From: Synechococcus sp. UW140
GTDB lineage: Bacteria > Armatimonadota > Fimbriimonadia > Fimbriimonadales > Fimbriimonadaceae
Length of the DNA stretch: 64,000 nucleotides
Reading direction: 5' to 3'
Assembly: GCA_943369295.1 (NCBI GenBank)
Contig: CALRMU020000004.1
Coordinates: 38,479-102,478, forward strand
The position numbers were made by a program, and so were the translations under genes. The notes beneath the pieces were generated by a model that saw only the letters and a list, made by a program, of their open reading frames with translations, did not search any database and was not told the DNA's origin. The number at the start of each line of letters is the position of its first letter. Position 1 is the first letter of the stretch. Positions 8,597 through 17,772 of the stretch are shown one piece after another.

Positions 8597-8801
8597 GTTT
8601 TTATCTTCCTCTGGAAAGGGCAGGTCGTCAGCCGACTTTCCCCTTTAGGGGTCGTTCGGGCGGACTGGTGGAGAATACCCCTGGCGATATGGGGGGCAGG
8701 GTTCCTTGAGGGACCCTGGTTATTCTTGCGGTGAAAGAGGCCGAAGCCCTTCCTTTCGCTTGCGAGAGGAAGGGGCAGGGGATGGAGAGCGAAATACTGC
8801 T

Positions 8802-10076
8802 TCAGCCCAAAGCTGACCTGAATGCCGCTTCGGTTCTGTTCAAAATTTCGTCGATCTCAGCTTCAGAAATCACGATGGGGGGCGTGTAGCGGAAAGTGCG
8901 ATTTCGCGTTTCTTTGGTCAGGACTCTCTGGGCTGTCAGGGCCTTGCTTAGAGCCTTTGTGTCGGTTCCTTCTTCGACTTCCAAACCGATAAGCAGACCG
9001 CGAGACCTAACCTCTTTGATGCAGGAAAAGGGAAGAGACCTTAATCCATCCGTCAGCCTGGCTCCCATGGCCTCAGATTTGCCACAGAAGTCTTTGACCT
9101 CCATTTCTGTCATTGCGGCCAAAGCCACAACACTGCCAAGAGGATTGCCGCCAAAGGTGCTTCCGTGGTCGCCAGGAACAAAGACTTCCATCACTTCTTT
9201 TTTGCCGATAGCAGCAGAAACAGGAAGAATTCCTCCACCCAGAGGTTTGCCTACGGCCAGGATGTCTGGCTTGGCATCTTCGTACATCCAAGCGAATTTA
9301 CGGCCGGTTCGGCAGAAGCCAGTCTGAACTTCATCCCAGATAAGAAGAACATTGTTCTTGGTGCAAAGCTCGCGGACCTTGGCCATCCACCCGTCGTCCG
9401 GAATCAAGATTCCACCTTCTGCCTGAATCGGTTCGACCAAAAAAGCGGCTGTGTTCGGGGTGATGGCTTCTTCGAGAGCGGCCAGATCGTTGAAGGGAAT
9501 GACCTTGAAGCCAGGGGTGAATGGGCCGAAGTGCTTTTTGTACTGGTCTTCGGTGCTAAAGCCTACGATCGTTGTGGTTCTGCCGTGGAAGTTGTCTTGG
9601 CAGACAATGATTTCAGCCTGGTCTTCGGGCACTCCTTTGACCGTGTAGGCCCACTTTCTGGCCAGCTTAATGGCGGTTTCGTTGGCTTCTGCTCCTGTGT
9701 TCATGGGGCAGGCCATATCAAGCTCGGCGTACTCGCACAGAGCTTTTAGAAAGAGAGCGACCTCGCTGGAATAGAAGGCTCGGCTGGTGACTGTCACCAA
9801 ATCAAGCTGCCTGCGAAGGGTCTCGACCACGAAGGGGCTCAGATGGCCATGGGCTACAGCTGAATAAGCGCCGATGCAGTCAAAGTAGAGGTTTCCCTCT
9901 TGATCCCACACCTTCACGCCTTCGCCGCGAACAGGGTTGACGGCTAAAGGCTTGTAGTTATGAGTTCCATAAGCCTCCGTCATCTGGAAGACCTCGGCAT
10001 CGCTTAGGGCGGCTACAGCTTCCTGCACTCCCTCTTCGGCGAGGGTCTGCCACAGATTTTTCTGGAGGCTCTGCAT
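8802..10076 (-). CDS. rocD: ornithine aminotransferase (class-III PLP aminotransferase)
   Basis: 424 aa. EAYGTHNYKPLAVNPVRGEGVKVWDQEGNLYFDCIGAYSAVAHGH...NTGAEANETAIKLARKWAY...DEVQTGFCRTG closely follows the OAT/RocD pattern. Confidence 0.8.
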   Translation of the reverse strand: MQSLQKNLWQTLAEEGVQEAVAALSDAEVFQMTEAYGTHNYKPLAVNPVRGEGVKVWDQEGNLYFDCIGAYSAVAHGHLSPFVVETLRRQLDLVTVTSRAFYSSEVALFLKALCEYAELDMACPMNTGAEANETAIKLARKWAYTVKGVPEDQAEIIVCQDNFHGRTTTIVGFSTEDQYKKHFGPFTPGFKVIPFNDLAALEEAITPNTAAFLVEPIQAEGGILIPDDGWMAKVRELCTKNNVLLIWDEVQTGFCRTGRKFAWMYEDAKPDILAVGKPLGGGILPVSAAIGKKEVMEVFVPGDHGSTFGGNPLGSVVALAAMTEMEVKDFCGKSEAMGARLTDGLRSLPFSCIKEVRSRGLLIGLEVEEGTDTKALSKALTAQRVLTKETRNRTFRYTPPIVISEAEIDEILNRTEAAFRSALG

Positions 10077-10163
10077 GTCTTGAGTTTGGAGGATAGGGAA
10101 GCCCCTTGTGAACCCCTTTGGCTGAATGTCCTGCCCCAGTTTTTGGGGGTATAGACTGGAGCC

Positions 10164-11744
10164 ATGTCGATAATCGAGATCATTTGGCTGTCTGTCGGCC
10201 TTGTGGTCGGGCTGGTTCTCTCTGCTCTGCTCTTCATGGCTGGCTCCAACAAGCTGAAGGCTAAAGCGGCTGAGGCGGAGGCTGACTTTCTTAAACAGAA
10301 GAGTGAACTGGACAGGAAAATTGCGGAAAGCACCCCAAAACTGGAGCGTTTAGCCAAGCTTGAGGAAGACGTGGTGACGATTCAGAACCAGTTGAGAGAA
10401 TCTGAGTCGAAAGCTGCTACAGAGGAATCTAAAGCTTCTGAGAGGCTAAGGGAACTGGAGGATCGGCGCCAGAGACTGGAGCAGCTTGAGCGAGATTTGA
10501 ACGCCAAGACGGAGATCATCACCCAGTTTGAGACAGAGAAGGCTCGGCTTCAGTCTCAGATGAAAGCGGCTCAAGACAACTTAGAAGAACAGAAAGTTCT
10601 GCTGCGTGAGGCGGAGTTTAAGTTCAAAGATGCCTTCACGGCTCTCTCTTCTGAGGCGCTGAAGTCGAGTCAAGACCAGTTTCTTAAGTCTTCGCAGGAG
10701 ATTCTTAAGCAGTACACAGAAGGAGCCAAGAACGAGTTTGGCAAGAAATCAGAAGAGTTCGGCAAGCTGCTTGACCCCCTGAAAGAAAAGCTGGGAGAAC
10801 TGGATAAACAGAATCAAGAAATGGAGAAGTCTAGGGCTTCAGCCTATTCTGAACTTAAGCAGCAGGTGACTCAGCTTAGCAGTCAACAGGTGGACTTGAC
10901 GAAAGAAACCTCGAGGCTGGTGAAGGCCCTTCAGGATCCTGGCACGGCAGGAAGCTGGGGAGAAATGCTTCTGGAAAAGGTGGTCGAAATGGCTGGCCTT
11001 CCCGAAGGAATCATCTTTGAATTGCAGGAAAGCACGACGACGGAGGAGGGAAGACAGAGGCCGGATATGGCTATTCGTCTGCCTGGCGACCGCTGCCTTA
11101 TCGTTGACAGCAAGGCCCCGCTTAAGGGATATCTTGATGCCCTTGAATCAGAAGATGAGACGATTAAAGCGGGTCTGCTGAAGGAGCTTCCGCGGAAGCT
11201 GCTGGGGCACGCTCAGGAGCTGAAGAAAAGAAGCTACGATAAGAGAGTCGAGACCCCAGACTTCACCGTCATGTTCATCCCCAGTGAATCAGCGTTCCGA
11301 GTAGCTTTGGAGCAGAGACCTGGATTGATTGAGGAAGTAATCGATCTGCGCGTAATTATGGCGACTCCTTCGACGATGCTGGCTCTGCTGAAGGTTGTGG
11401 CCTATGGTTGGCGGCAGGACAAGCTGACTCAGACTGCCAAAGAGGTGCAGGAACAGGCTCAGAGATTGTACGAAACGGTGGTCACTCTGATGGGTCATTA
11501 CGAAAAGCTTGGTCGAGCGTTAGGCAGCGCCGGCAAGGCCTACAATGAGTTCGGATCGTCCCTCAACTCGCGAGTGGTTCCGGCCGCCCGCAAGTTCAGA
11601 GACTTTGGGATTTCGGCCAAGAACGAAGTCTCGGAATCTGAGCTGATCGAATTTGCCCCGAGACCCCTTGTGGCTCCCGACTTTCAGTCGAAAAACGCTC
11701 TGCCCGCCGGGGACACGGGCCTTTTCGGTGAGGAGGCCGAGTAG
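10164..11744 (+). CDS. rmuC: DNA recombination protein RmuC
   Basis: 526 aa: N-terminal TM helix, long coiled-coil (E/K/Q-rich), then the RmuC nuclease-like C-terminus (RPDMAIRLPGDRCLIVDSKAPL...FTVMFIPSESAF). Confidence 0.85.
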   Translation: MSIIEIIWLSVGLVVGLVLSALLFMAGSNKLKAKAAEAEADFLKQKSELDRKIAESTPKLERLAKLEEDVVTIQNQLRESESKAATEESKASERLRELEDRRQRLEQLERDLNAKTEIITQFETEKARLQSQMKAAQDNLEEQKVLLREAEFKFKDAFTALSSEALKSSQDQFLKSSQEILKQYTEGAKNEFGKKSEEFGKLLDPLKEKLGELDKQNQEMEKSRASAYSELKQQVTQLSSQQVDLTKETSRLVKALQDPGTAGSWGEMLLEKVVEMAGLPEGIIFELQESTTTEEGRQRPDMAIRLPGDRCLIVDSKAPLKGYLDALESEDETIKAGLLKELPRKLLGHAQELKKRSYDKRVETPDFTVMFIPSESAFRVALEQRPGLIEEVIDLRVIMATPSTMLALLKVVAYGWRQDKLTQTAKEVQEQAQRLYETVVTLMGHYEKLGRALGSAGKAYNEFGSSLNSRVVPAARKFRDFGISAKNEVSESELIEFAPRPLVAPDFQSKNALPAGDTGLFGEEAE

Positions 11745-12311
11745 GTGGCGGAAGGAAGGGCCCTAAGGAAGAAGAAGGAAGTCCGCGACTTGATGAGAGA
11801 GTTCGCGGCTGGCCACAACCCGGCGCAAGAAGTCACTTTCCTCCTGCAAGATTGGTCAGATGCTTACAACGTTGGGGGGCTGCTCAGGGTCGCTGACGGG
11901 CTGGGAATCAAAAAGCTTTACTGCACGGGCAAGACTCCTCAGCTGCCCAATCCTATGATTCCTGTCACCTCGATGGGGGCCCATAGAAGGGTTGAAATGG
12001 AGTACCACAAGGTTCATGAAGAGGCGGCAAAAGCGGCCATCGAGGACGGATGGACCTTGATCGGGGTGGAGATTGCCGAGGGCGCCGAACCCCATTTTGA
12101 TTTCGACTACCCCCCAAAGACCTGCTTGGTTTTAGGGGCGGAAGGAGCTGGAGTCTTCCCCAGCGTTCTCAAGCATTGTAAAGGTTCTGTGTTTATTCCT
12201 ATGCAGGGCAAGGGGCGCAGCCTCAATGTTCACGTATCAGGAGCGGTCGTCGCTTTTCACGTCATGGCTGAATCGTGGCGGGCAGGTGGAACCAAAACAA
12301 GTGAAGATTAG
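11745..12311 (+). CDS. SpoU/TrmH-family RNA 2'-O-methyltransferase
   Basis: 188 aa; the GTG start directly follows the rmuC stop. Motifs: YNVGGLLRVADGLGI...LVLGAEGAGV...IPMQGKGRSLNVHVSGAVVAF (SPOUT knot motifs). Confidence 0.8.
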   Translation: MAEGRALRKKKEVRDLMREFAAGHNPAQEVTFLLQDWSDAYNVGGLLRVADGLGIKKLYCTGKTPQLPNPMIPVTSMGAHRRVEMEYHKVHEEAAKAAIEDGWTLIGVEIAEGAEPHFDFDYPPKTCLVLGAEGAGVFPSVLKHCKGSVFIPMQGKGRSLNVHVSGAVVAFHVMAESWRAGGTKTSED

Positions 12312-12320
12312 TTCAATTAG

Positions 12321-12349
12321 TTAGCGGGATTGAAAATTTCGCTTATAAT
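12321..12349 (+). promoter_or_regulatory. putative sigma70-type promoter of the Cys-rich operon
   Basis: TTAGCG-17 nt-TATAAT, followed 9 nt later by a strong AGGAGG and ATG 12370. Confidence 0.4.
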
Positions 12350-12369
12350 AAACATAACAGGAGGCAAAG

Positions 12370-12726
12370 ATGCACCACAGAATCATCAGAATCGGGCTCG
12401 CACTGATGCTTCTTGTTGTCGGGATTGCACCTGGGTTTGCGGCGGCATTTAAGTGCTGCTGCGGCCCGAAAGAACCCGAAATCAAAGCCAAAACCTGCTG
12501 TCCATCCTGCAGCTGTGAGCTGAAGGCAGACACCGAACACAAGGGCTCTACGGAGTTCGTTTGGGTTCCGGTTGAGCTGGAAGTTGGTTTGGTGCCTCAG
12601 CTTGTTAAGCTGTCAGTAGATGCCTTTTTGGTCCAGCCGAAAGCTTTTCAGGCTATTCCAGAACCCCAAGGTCATTCGCCCCCCGAGCGGGTCCTTGGCC
12701 GCGCTCCCCCTCTTTTCTGTTCCTAA
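12370..12726 (+). CDS. secreted Cys-rich small protein (hypothetical)
   Basis: 118 aa with a strong SD (AGGAGGcaaagATG). A signal peptide MHHRIIRIGLALMLLVVGIAPGFAAA is followed by FKCCCGPKEPEIKAKTCCPSCSCELK, which has 7 Cys in 25 residues. Confidence 0.6.
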   Translation: MHHRIIRIGLALMLLVVGIAPGFAAAFKCCCGPKEPEIKAKTCCPSCSCELKADTEHKGSTEFVWVPVELEVGLVPQLVKLSVDAFLVQPKAFQAIPEPQGHSPPERVLGRAPPLFCS

Positions 12727-12787
12727 GGAATTTTGTCCTTTGGGGGCGCAAGCCTCCCCTACCTGAACAGAACAAAAAGAGAAAACA

Positions 12788-12991
12788 ATGTCTTCAATCA
12801 TTTTCGGCCTCATGCTGGCCGTCGCAAACATCACTACCCCCGCACTTGCCACCAACAGCATTTCGTGCTGCGGAACCAACTGCTGCAAGGCTTGCGCCTG
12901 CGCCTGCGTTGAGAACTGTGGATGCTGCAAAGGTGGAACCTGCACTTGTGTGAACTGCACGGCCTGCGGCTGCTGCAGCGCCAAGCCCTGA
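12788..12991 (+). CDS. secreted metallothionein-like Cys-rich peptide (hypothetical)
   Basis: 67 aa. A predicted 21-aa signal peptide (MSSIIFGLMLAVANITTPALA) precedes a 46-aa region with 16 Cys in CC/CxC/CxxC arrangements and no aromatic or His residues (TNSISCCGTNCCKACACACVENCGCCKGGTCTCVNCTACGCCSAKP). Confidence 0.6.
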   Translation: MSSIIFGLMLAVANITTPALATNSISCCGTNCCKACACACVENCGCCKGGTCTCVNCTACGCCSAKP

Positions 12992-13034
12992 TCCACGCCA
13001 AGCAATCACCCTGCCCTAAAGGGTTAAGGTGAAA

Positions 13035-13080
13035 GATTCCGGACAAACTTTTTTGAGAGTCCGGAATCTGCCTTTCCTTT
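13035..13080 (+). terminator. intra-operon hairpin / possible leaky terminator after the Cys-rich peptide gene
   Basis: GATTCCGGA-caaacttttttgagag-TCCGGAATC followed by tgcctttccttt. It lies between the peptide stop (12991) and the next start (13091). Confidence 0.4.
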
Positions 13081-13090
13081 AGATGGCCCG

Positions 13091-13702
13091 ATGAATCAAA
13101 CTAAAAACAAGATGATTTCTACATTCGCAATTGCCGCAATTCTCATGGGGAGCCCAGTTCAGGCTGCTCAAGCACCTGCTCCTCTCAACTGCCCAATCAT
13201 GCTCAACGGCGTCGCTGATATGAAGAGCAAGCCCGTTGTGATGGGTGGCTTTTCGTTCCACTTCTGCTGTCCTGGCTGTGATGCCAAGTTCAAAAAAGAT
13301 CCCTCCGGATCGATGAAGAAGGCGGTCGAAGCCAAAAAGACCGTCGGAGTTTCTCTGTTCGACCCAGTCAATGGGGTTCGAATGGATGCCGCCAAAGCCA
13401 AGGGCACGGCCGACTTTAACGGAATTCGCTACTACTTTGCGTCTCGAATCAACGCGCAGAAGTTCTCAGAAGCTCCGGCAAGTTTCACCGCCACTCCCAA
13501 GCAGGAGGTCCTCTACTGCGTGGTGATGAAGCAGGCGATCAGGAGCTACGAAGCCGCCCATTCTTATGTTGATCATAAGGGCGTCCGCTACTACATGTGC
13601 TGCGCTCCCTGCAATGGTCAGTTTAAGGAGAAGCCAGATACCTTCATCGCCAATGGCAAGCCAAGGTCTGCAGGGTTCGCAATCGAGGCTGCCCAAGGAT
13701 GA
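13091..13702 (+). CDS. periplasmic protein with three YHS/TRASH-like metal-binding modules
   Basis: 203 aa with signal peptide MNQTKNKMISTFAIAAILMGSPVQAAQA. Modules: CPIMLNG...GGFSFHFCCPGCDAKFKKDP; DPVNGVRMD...NGIRYYFASRINAQKFSEAP (Cys-less); CVVMKQ...KGVRYYMCCAPCNGQFKEKPDTF. These match the YHS pattern (C..M......Y.G..YYFC...C...F...P). Confidence 0.7.
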   Translation: MNQTKNKMISTFAIAAILMGSPVQAAQAPAPLNCPIMLNGVADMKSKPVVMGGFSFHFCCPGCDAKFKKDPSGSMKKAVEAKKTVGVSLFDPVNGVRMDAAKAKGTADFNGIRYYFASRINAQKFSEAPASFTATPKQEVLYCVVMKQAIRSYEAAHSYVDHKGVRYYMCCAPCNGQFKEKPDTFIANGKPRSAGFAIEAAQG

Positions 13703-14418
13703 TGAACTCAGCTAAAGTTTGTGTTGGTTTGAGCCTGGGGCTTGGACTGATCGGCACGGCTTTGGCCCAGGACCCCGCACTCGGTGAAGAGCCAGTCAAT
13801 CCCAGACTGGCCCCCACTTGTGCTGGCTGTGCCGGAGCTGCCGCAAACCTGGAAGGAGGCAAAGTGATGTGGGAATGGCAGGCGACTGTCCGCTACCTCA
13901 ACACCACAGACCCTGCAACCCGGTGGCGGTTTGTCTTGGACAAAAAGATCACCGAGCGGTTTACTGTCGGCATTGAGCGTGGCGGCGGTGAAGGGATGAA
14001 GCACATTGTGGGCTCATCCTGGCAGGATCGTCTGTCTCACTCTGATGGTCGGGCGATCATGCCTCGGGCTACCTGGTTCATCACTCCAGAGAAAGGCAAC
14101 CTTCCTTCGGCAGTGCTTGGCATGGGCAGCGACAGGCTTTCTATCCCCCGTGGGCAGGCTGCTTTTCTTACCTTTGCCAAGCTGATTCCAGGCAGTGATT
14201 TCACTCCTTTCGTCAGCTTTAAGTGGTCAACTTACAAGCAGCGCCTTGCCTTTCCCTTTGGGATCAACTGGCAGTTCGCTCCACAATGGACGGCCCAAGC
14301 AATCAACGACGGGGAATACACCCATCTGCTGGTAAGCCATCAGAAGGGTGACTTGGGGCTGAGCTTGGTCTTGGCTAGGTCTCGAAACCTCGGCTTCCAA
14401 ACGAGCTTCAGTTTCTAA
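13699..14418 (+). CDS. small outer-membrane beta-barrel-like protein (hypothetical)
   Basis: 239 aa; ATGA start/stop overlap with the YHS gene. It has a signal peptide (...GLIGTALAQ) and a CAGC motif near the N-terminus. The C-terminus LGFQTSFSF shows alternating hydrophobics and a terminal Phe (OMP beta-signal). Confidence 0.55.
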   Translation: MMNSAKVCVGLSLGLGLIGTALAQDPALGEEPVNPRLAPTCAGCAGAAANLEGGKVMWEWQATVRYLNTTDPATRWRFVLDKKITERFTVGIERGGGEGMKHIVGSSWQDRLSHSDGRAIMPRATWFITPEKGNLPSAVLGMGSDRLSIPRGQAAFLTFAKLIPGSDFTPFVSFKWSTYKQRLAFPFGINWQFAPQWTAQAINDGEYTHLLVSHQKGDLGLSLVLARSRNLGFQTSFSF

Positions 14419-14436
14419 AGATCGTTTGTGTTTCTT

Positions 14437-14484
14437 GATGGCGGTTTTCAGCTATGCCAATGGGCAAAAGCGAAAACCGCCATC
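14437..14484. terminator. bidirectional terminator hairpin between convergent genes
   Basis: GATGGCGGTTTTC-22 nt loop-GAAAACCGCCATC, a 13-bp perfect stem, between the stops at 14418 (+) and 14491 (-). Confidence 0.65.
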
Positions 14485-14490
14485 TGGCGT

Positions 14491-15036
14491 TTAGGGTCTT
14501 GGGTTGAGAGCGATCCTTAAGATTCCACGCGGGTTGTCTTCCGCCAGGCCAATCTTGCGCGAGACAATCATGTCCTTAGCTCCCCCGCTGAGGGTGGCTT
14601 TCCATGAAGCACGTGATAATTCAGGCAGCCTCTGACCTCGAAGAGCTGCATCTGTCGTGCTCAAAACTTCGCCATCAAGATTTGTAAAGGTAACAGACCT
14701 AAAGCTGCCTTCTCGTGCAATTCTTTGCAGAATCTGATCAAGGCGTGAAATATCCGACCTGTAGACATCATTCGAAAGCGCTGCCCCGACTGCATTGGCT
14801 GTCTGAAGCTGGCCTTCGCGCCATGCGGCAGAAGCCTGCCAGTTGCCTCGTGTGATCAGGATCCAAGAGAAGATCACTAAGGCAAACACAGAGACGAGCA
14901 CTCGCACCCAGGCTCTCTGCTTCCACATTCTTACAAAAACGGCCAGTGGCGAAGCCCTTTTAGCTTCGGGTGAGGCGGATGTAGAGGCTTCTCCTAAATC
15001 TTGTGAAGGTGCCTTTGTTTCTTCCTTGTCAATCAT
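14491..15036 (-). CDS. hypothetical membrane-anchored protein
   Basis: 181 aa with one TM helix (VRVLVSVFALVIFSWILI). It lies 48 nt downstream of tsaD on the same strand. No recognisable domain. Confidence 0.5.
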   Translation of the reverse strand: MIDKEETKAPSQDLGEASTSASPEAKRASPLAVFVRMWKQRAWVRVLVSVFALVIFSWILITRGNWQASAAWREGQLQTANAVGAALSNDVYRSDISRLDQILQRIAREGSFRSVTFTNLDGEVLSTTDAALRGQRLPELSRASWKATLSGGAKDMIVSRKIGLAEDNPRGILRIALNPRP

Positions 15037-15084
15037 AGACTTCAGTCTAGTCTATCGCAGATAGCAGTCTCGGTGATTGACTGA

Positions 15085-16149
15085 TCAAAGGCTGCTCAAC
15101 GCTCCGCTTGCCGAAACATCCAGGCTCCAATCGGATCTTTCTCCTCTGGCAAACCTGAATGATCCAGCAAGTCCAATCATTCCAGCGTTGTCCGTGCAGA
15201 GATCAAACGGCGGGCAGTAGAAAGGAATTCCCCTGGCCGATGCCACAGAGGCGAAAGATTGTCGAAGGGCGACATTGGCCGAAACCCCGCCCGCCAAGCC
15301 AAAACTCTGGCAGTCAATCTCGTCCAGGGCAGCCGTTGCCTTTTCCGTCAGGGTCCTGACGATCACGGCCTGGAGGCTGGCACAGGCATCAGCAACGTTG
15401 AGGTTTTGTCCTTCGGCTTCGACCAAACGCAGCACCGCAGTTTTTAACCCGCTGAAGCTGAAGTTGAAAGGATCCTTTTTCAAACCTCGTGGCAGCTGAT
15501 ACCGCTTAGGGCTGCCGGTCAGGGCCGCTTCTTGAACCACTTTCCCGCCTGGAGTCCCCAATCCCATGAGCCTTGCGGCTTTATCAAAGGCTTCACCAGC
15601 GGCATCATCCAAGGTCTGGCCGATCAGCTCAAACTTGCCCCATTCGCGCACCAGAACCAGCTCTGTGTGGCCACCGCTGACGACCAAGATCAGCATAGGC
15701 AGAGGAGGAACTTCACCCAGCTCTTCGGCGCAGAGAGCCATGACGTGTCCTTCAAGGTGATTGACTCCAAGCAATGGCACTCCCCAAGCCGAAGCCAGAC
15801 CCTTGGCTGCGGTCAAGCCAACGCTTAAAGCTCCGACCAAACCAGGGTTGGTCGTCACGACGATTCCAGAAGGTTTTTCCCCCGCGAGAGGCAGGAGCGC
15901 TTCTTCAATCACGGGGAGAATCGCTTCGACATGGGCTCGTGAGGCAGCCTCAGGAACCACGCCTCCCCACTGGGCATGGAGGTCCAGCTGGCTGGCAACC
16001 AAGTTGCTCAAAACCTTTCTGCCGCAGACAAGGGCGGCGGCGGTCTCATCACACGATGTCTCGATTGCCAAAAGGGGGTGGGGCCAAAACACGGGCTCAC
16101 TTATTGTGACTCCACAGGCCAAGATACCCAAGGCTGCAGAGTCTCGCAA
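15085..16149 (-). CDS. tsaD: tRNA N6-adenosine threonylcarbamoyltransferase
   Basis: [16 protein letters not shown]..., [14 protein letters not shown] and GLAGGVSAN motifs of Kae1/TsaD. The true start may be GTG 16092 ([16 protein letters not shown]), which would remove a non-conserved 19-aa extension. Confidence 0.88.
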   Translation of the reverse strand: MRDSAALGILACGVTISEPVFWPHPLLAIETSCDETAAALVCGRKVLSNLVASQLDLHAQWGGVVPEAASRAHVEAILPVIEEALLPLAGEKPSGIVVTTNPGLVGALSVGLTAAKGLASAWGVPLLGVNHLEGHVMALCAEELGEVPPLPMLILVVSGGHTELVLVREWGKFELIGQTLDDAAGEAFDKAARLMGLGTPGGKVVQEAALTGSPKRYQLPRGLKKDPFNFSFSGLKTAVLRLVEAEGQNLNVADACASLQAVIVRTLTEKATAALDEIDCQSFGLAGGVSANVALRQSFASVASARGIPFYCPPFDLCTDNAGMIGLAGSFRFARGERSDWSLDVSASGALSSL

Positions 16150-16168
16150 TCAGGTAAACAGGGCAACC

Positions 16169-17323
16169 ATGTCGGCCAGGACTCTCACCGTCGGACTCAT
16201 TGGCTATCAGTTTATGGGCAAGGCCCATAGCAATGCCTATCGCCAAGCCAACCGCTACTTCGATCTTCCTGCAAAGGTGCGGATGAAGACGATCTGCGGC
16301 AGAACTGAATCTGCCGTCAAGGCCGCCGCCGAAACCTTTGGCTGGGAAGGCTATGAAACTGACTGGAGAAAGGTTATTGCCGATCCAGAAATCGATATCA
16401 TCGATGTGGCTACGCCCGGCCGGGTGCACTTCGAAATCGTCATGGCAGCCGCCGCAGCTGGCAAGATTGTTTTCTGCGAAAAACCGATTGGAAACACCTT
16501 GGCTGAAGCCGAAGAAATGGCCGAGGCAGTGAGGAAGGCTGGAGTCCAGAGCGGGGTTTGGCACAACTACAGAAAGTCGCCTGCTGTTGCTTTGGCCAAG
16601 CAGATGATTGATGACGGCTTAATCGGTGATATTTTTCATTTTCGTGGCCATTATCTGCAGGATTGGATCATTGATCCTGAGTTTCCTTTGGTCTGGAGAC
16701 TGCAGAAATCCATTGCCGGCAGCGGCACCCATGGCGACATTCACAGCCATATCATCGACATGGCTCGATTCCTTGTCGGCGAGTTCGATGAAGTCAGCGG
16801 TTTGATGCACACCTTCATCAAGCAGCGGCCTCTGGTCGGAGAGATTAACGACAGGCTTGGCGCCACAGCTTCTACAGAAATGGGAGAAGTGGATGTGGAT
16901 GACGCAGCCATGATGCTGGCCCGATTTAAGTCGGGAGCCCTGGGCGTTTTTGAAGCCAGTCGGTTCGCAACGGGACGCAAAAACTACAATCGCTTTGAGA
17001 TTAACGGAAGCAAAGGTTCATTAGTTTTTAATCAAGAAAGGATGAACGAGCTTGAATACTACAATCACCTCGACCCCGAATCCACAAGAGGCTTTAGAGT
17101 GATTCAGGCCACGGATGGATCGCATCCTTATGCGGGTCACTACTGGCCCGTCGCCCACATTATTGGCTACGAGCACACCTTTATCAACTGGCTGGCTGAT
17201 GCAGTGGTGGCGATCTGTGAAAACAAGCCTATTTCGCCGAATATCGAAGATGGATTGGCGAATCAGAGGGTGCTTGATGCGGTGGAAAGATCCCACGAAA
17301 CCCGTCAGTGGGTCAAGCTGTAG
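16169..17323 (+). CDS. Gfo/Idh/MocA-family NAD(P)-dependent oxidoreductase
   Basis: Conserved part of track ORF 15761..17323, starting at ATG 16169: [24 protein letters not shown]...DIIDVATPG...FCEKP (Rossmann N-domain). The upstream 136 codons are antisense to tsaD and low-complexity. Confidence 0.82.
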   Translation: MSARTLTVGLIGYQFMGKAHSNAYRQANRYFDLPAKVRMKTICGRTESAVKAAAETFGWEGYETDWRKVIADPEIDIIDVATPGRVHFEIVMAAAAAGKIVFCEKPIGNTLAEAEEMAEAVRKAGVQSGVWHNYRKSPAVALAKQMIDDGLIGDIFHFRGHYLQDWIIDPEFPLVWRLQKSIAGSGTHGDIHSHIIDMARFLVGEFDEVSGLMHTFIKQRPLVGEINDRLGATASTEMGEVDVDDAAMMLARFKSGALGVFEASRFATGRKNYNRFEINGSKGSLVFNQERMNELEYYNHLDPESTRGFRVIQATDGSHPYAGHYWPVAHIIGYEHTFINWLADAVVAICENKPISPNIEDGLANQRVLDAVERSHETRQWVKL

Positions 17324-17332
17324 AACCTGGGC

Positions 17333-17590
17333 CTAGGCGGCTTCTCTCAGGTCGTCAAAGCCTGTCTCAGGCTGGTGCCCGGCGGTCTTCTTTTCGCCAA
17401 GAAGGTCGCTGGGCTTCATGCTTTGAAAGGAGGCACGGGCAAGCTTAAGCAGGGCCTGCTGGAAGACGGGGGTATCCCCCTCCTCGCTATTCAGGCACCT
17501 GCTTAGCAGTTCCTCAATCTCCTCCATGGTCAGTTGGAGGCAGACGGAGCTTTCATCTCTGCCCATACCATTAGTGAGTATCGGCAACAA
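17333..17590 (-). CDS. small hypothetical protein
   Basis: 85-aa ORF (TTG start preceded by aggaa), acidic and helical-looking (MEEIEELLSRCLNSEEGD...). No recognisable family. Confidence 0.3.
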   Translation of the reverse strand: MLPILTNGMGRDESSVCLQLTMEEIEELLSRCLNSEEGDTPVFQQALLKLARASFQSMKPSDLLGEKKTAGHQPETGFDDLREAA

Positions 17591-17772
17591 ATTCCTGAGT
17601 CCTTCAGGCCGATTTAAGAATGTTCAGACTTCAAGTGAAACTGCGGGCATGGCTGTGCGTTTAGAAGATTAGTGACGCCGAGAGGGCAAATCTTTGGGGT
17701 CATTTGGGCAAAACTGCAGAGAATGCGGTGAGTTCAGCCTAGCTTAGGCCATACTTAAGGGGAAGGGGTTTT

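Noticed and set aside
8597-8801. Structured ~200-nt leader upstream of pdhA (several hairpins), considered as a TPP or other riboswitch
   Set aside because: There is no CUGAGA / ACCUGAUCUGGAUAAUGCCAGCG-like TPP core. The strongest hairpin (8747-8774, CCCTTCCT/AGGAAGGG) is more simply the terminator region of the upstream rocD gene.
15761-16168. N-terminal 136-codon extension of the Gfo/Idh/MocA ORF (track start 15761), and the similar extension 575..802 of the TerC ORF
   Set aside because: The extensions are antisense to tsaD, or lie in the region of the divergent AKR-like gene's 5' end. They are Pro/Arg/Ser/Ala-rich and precede internal ATGs where family-typical N-termini begin.
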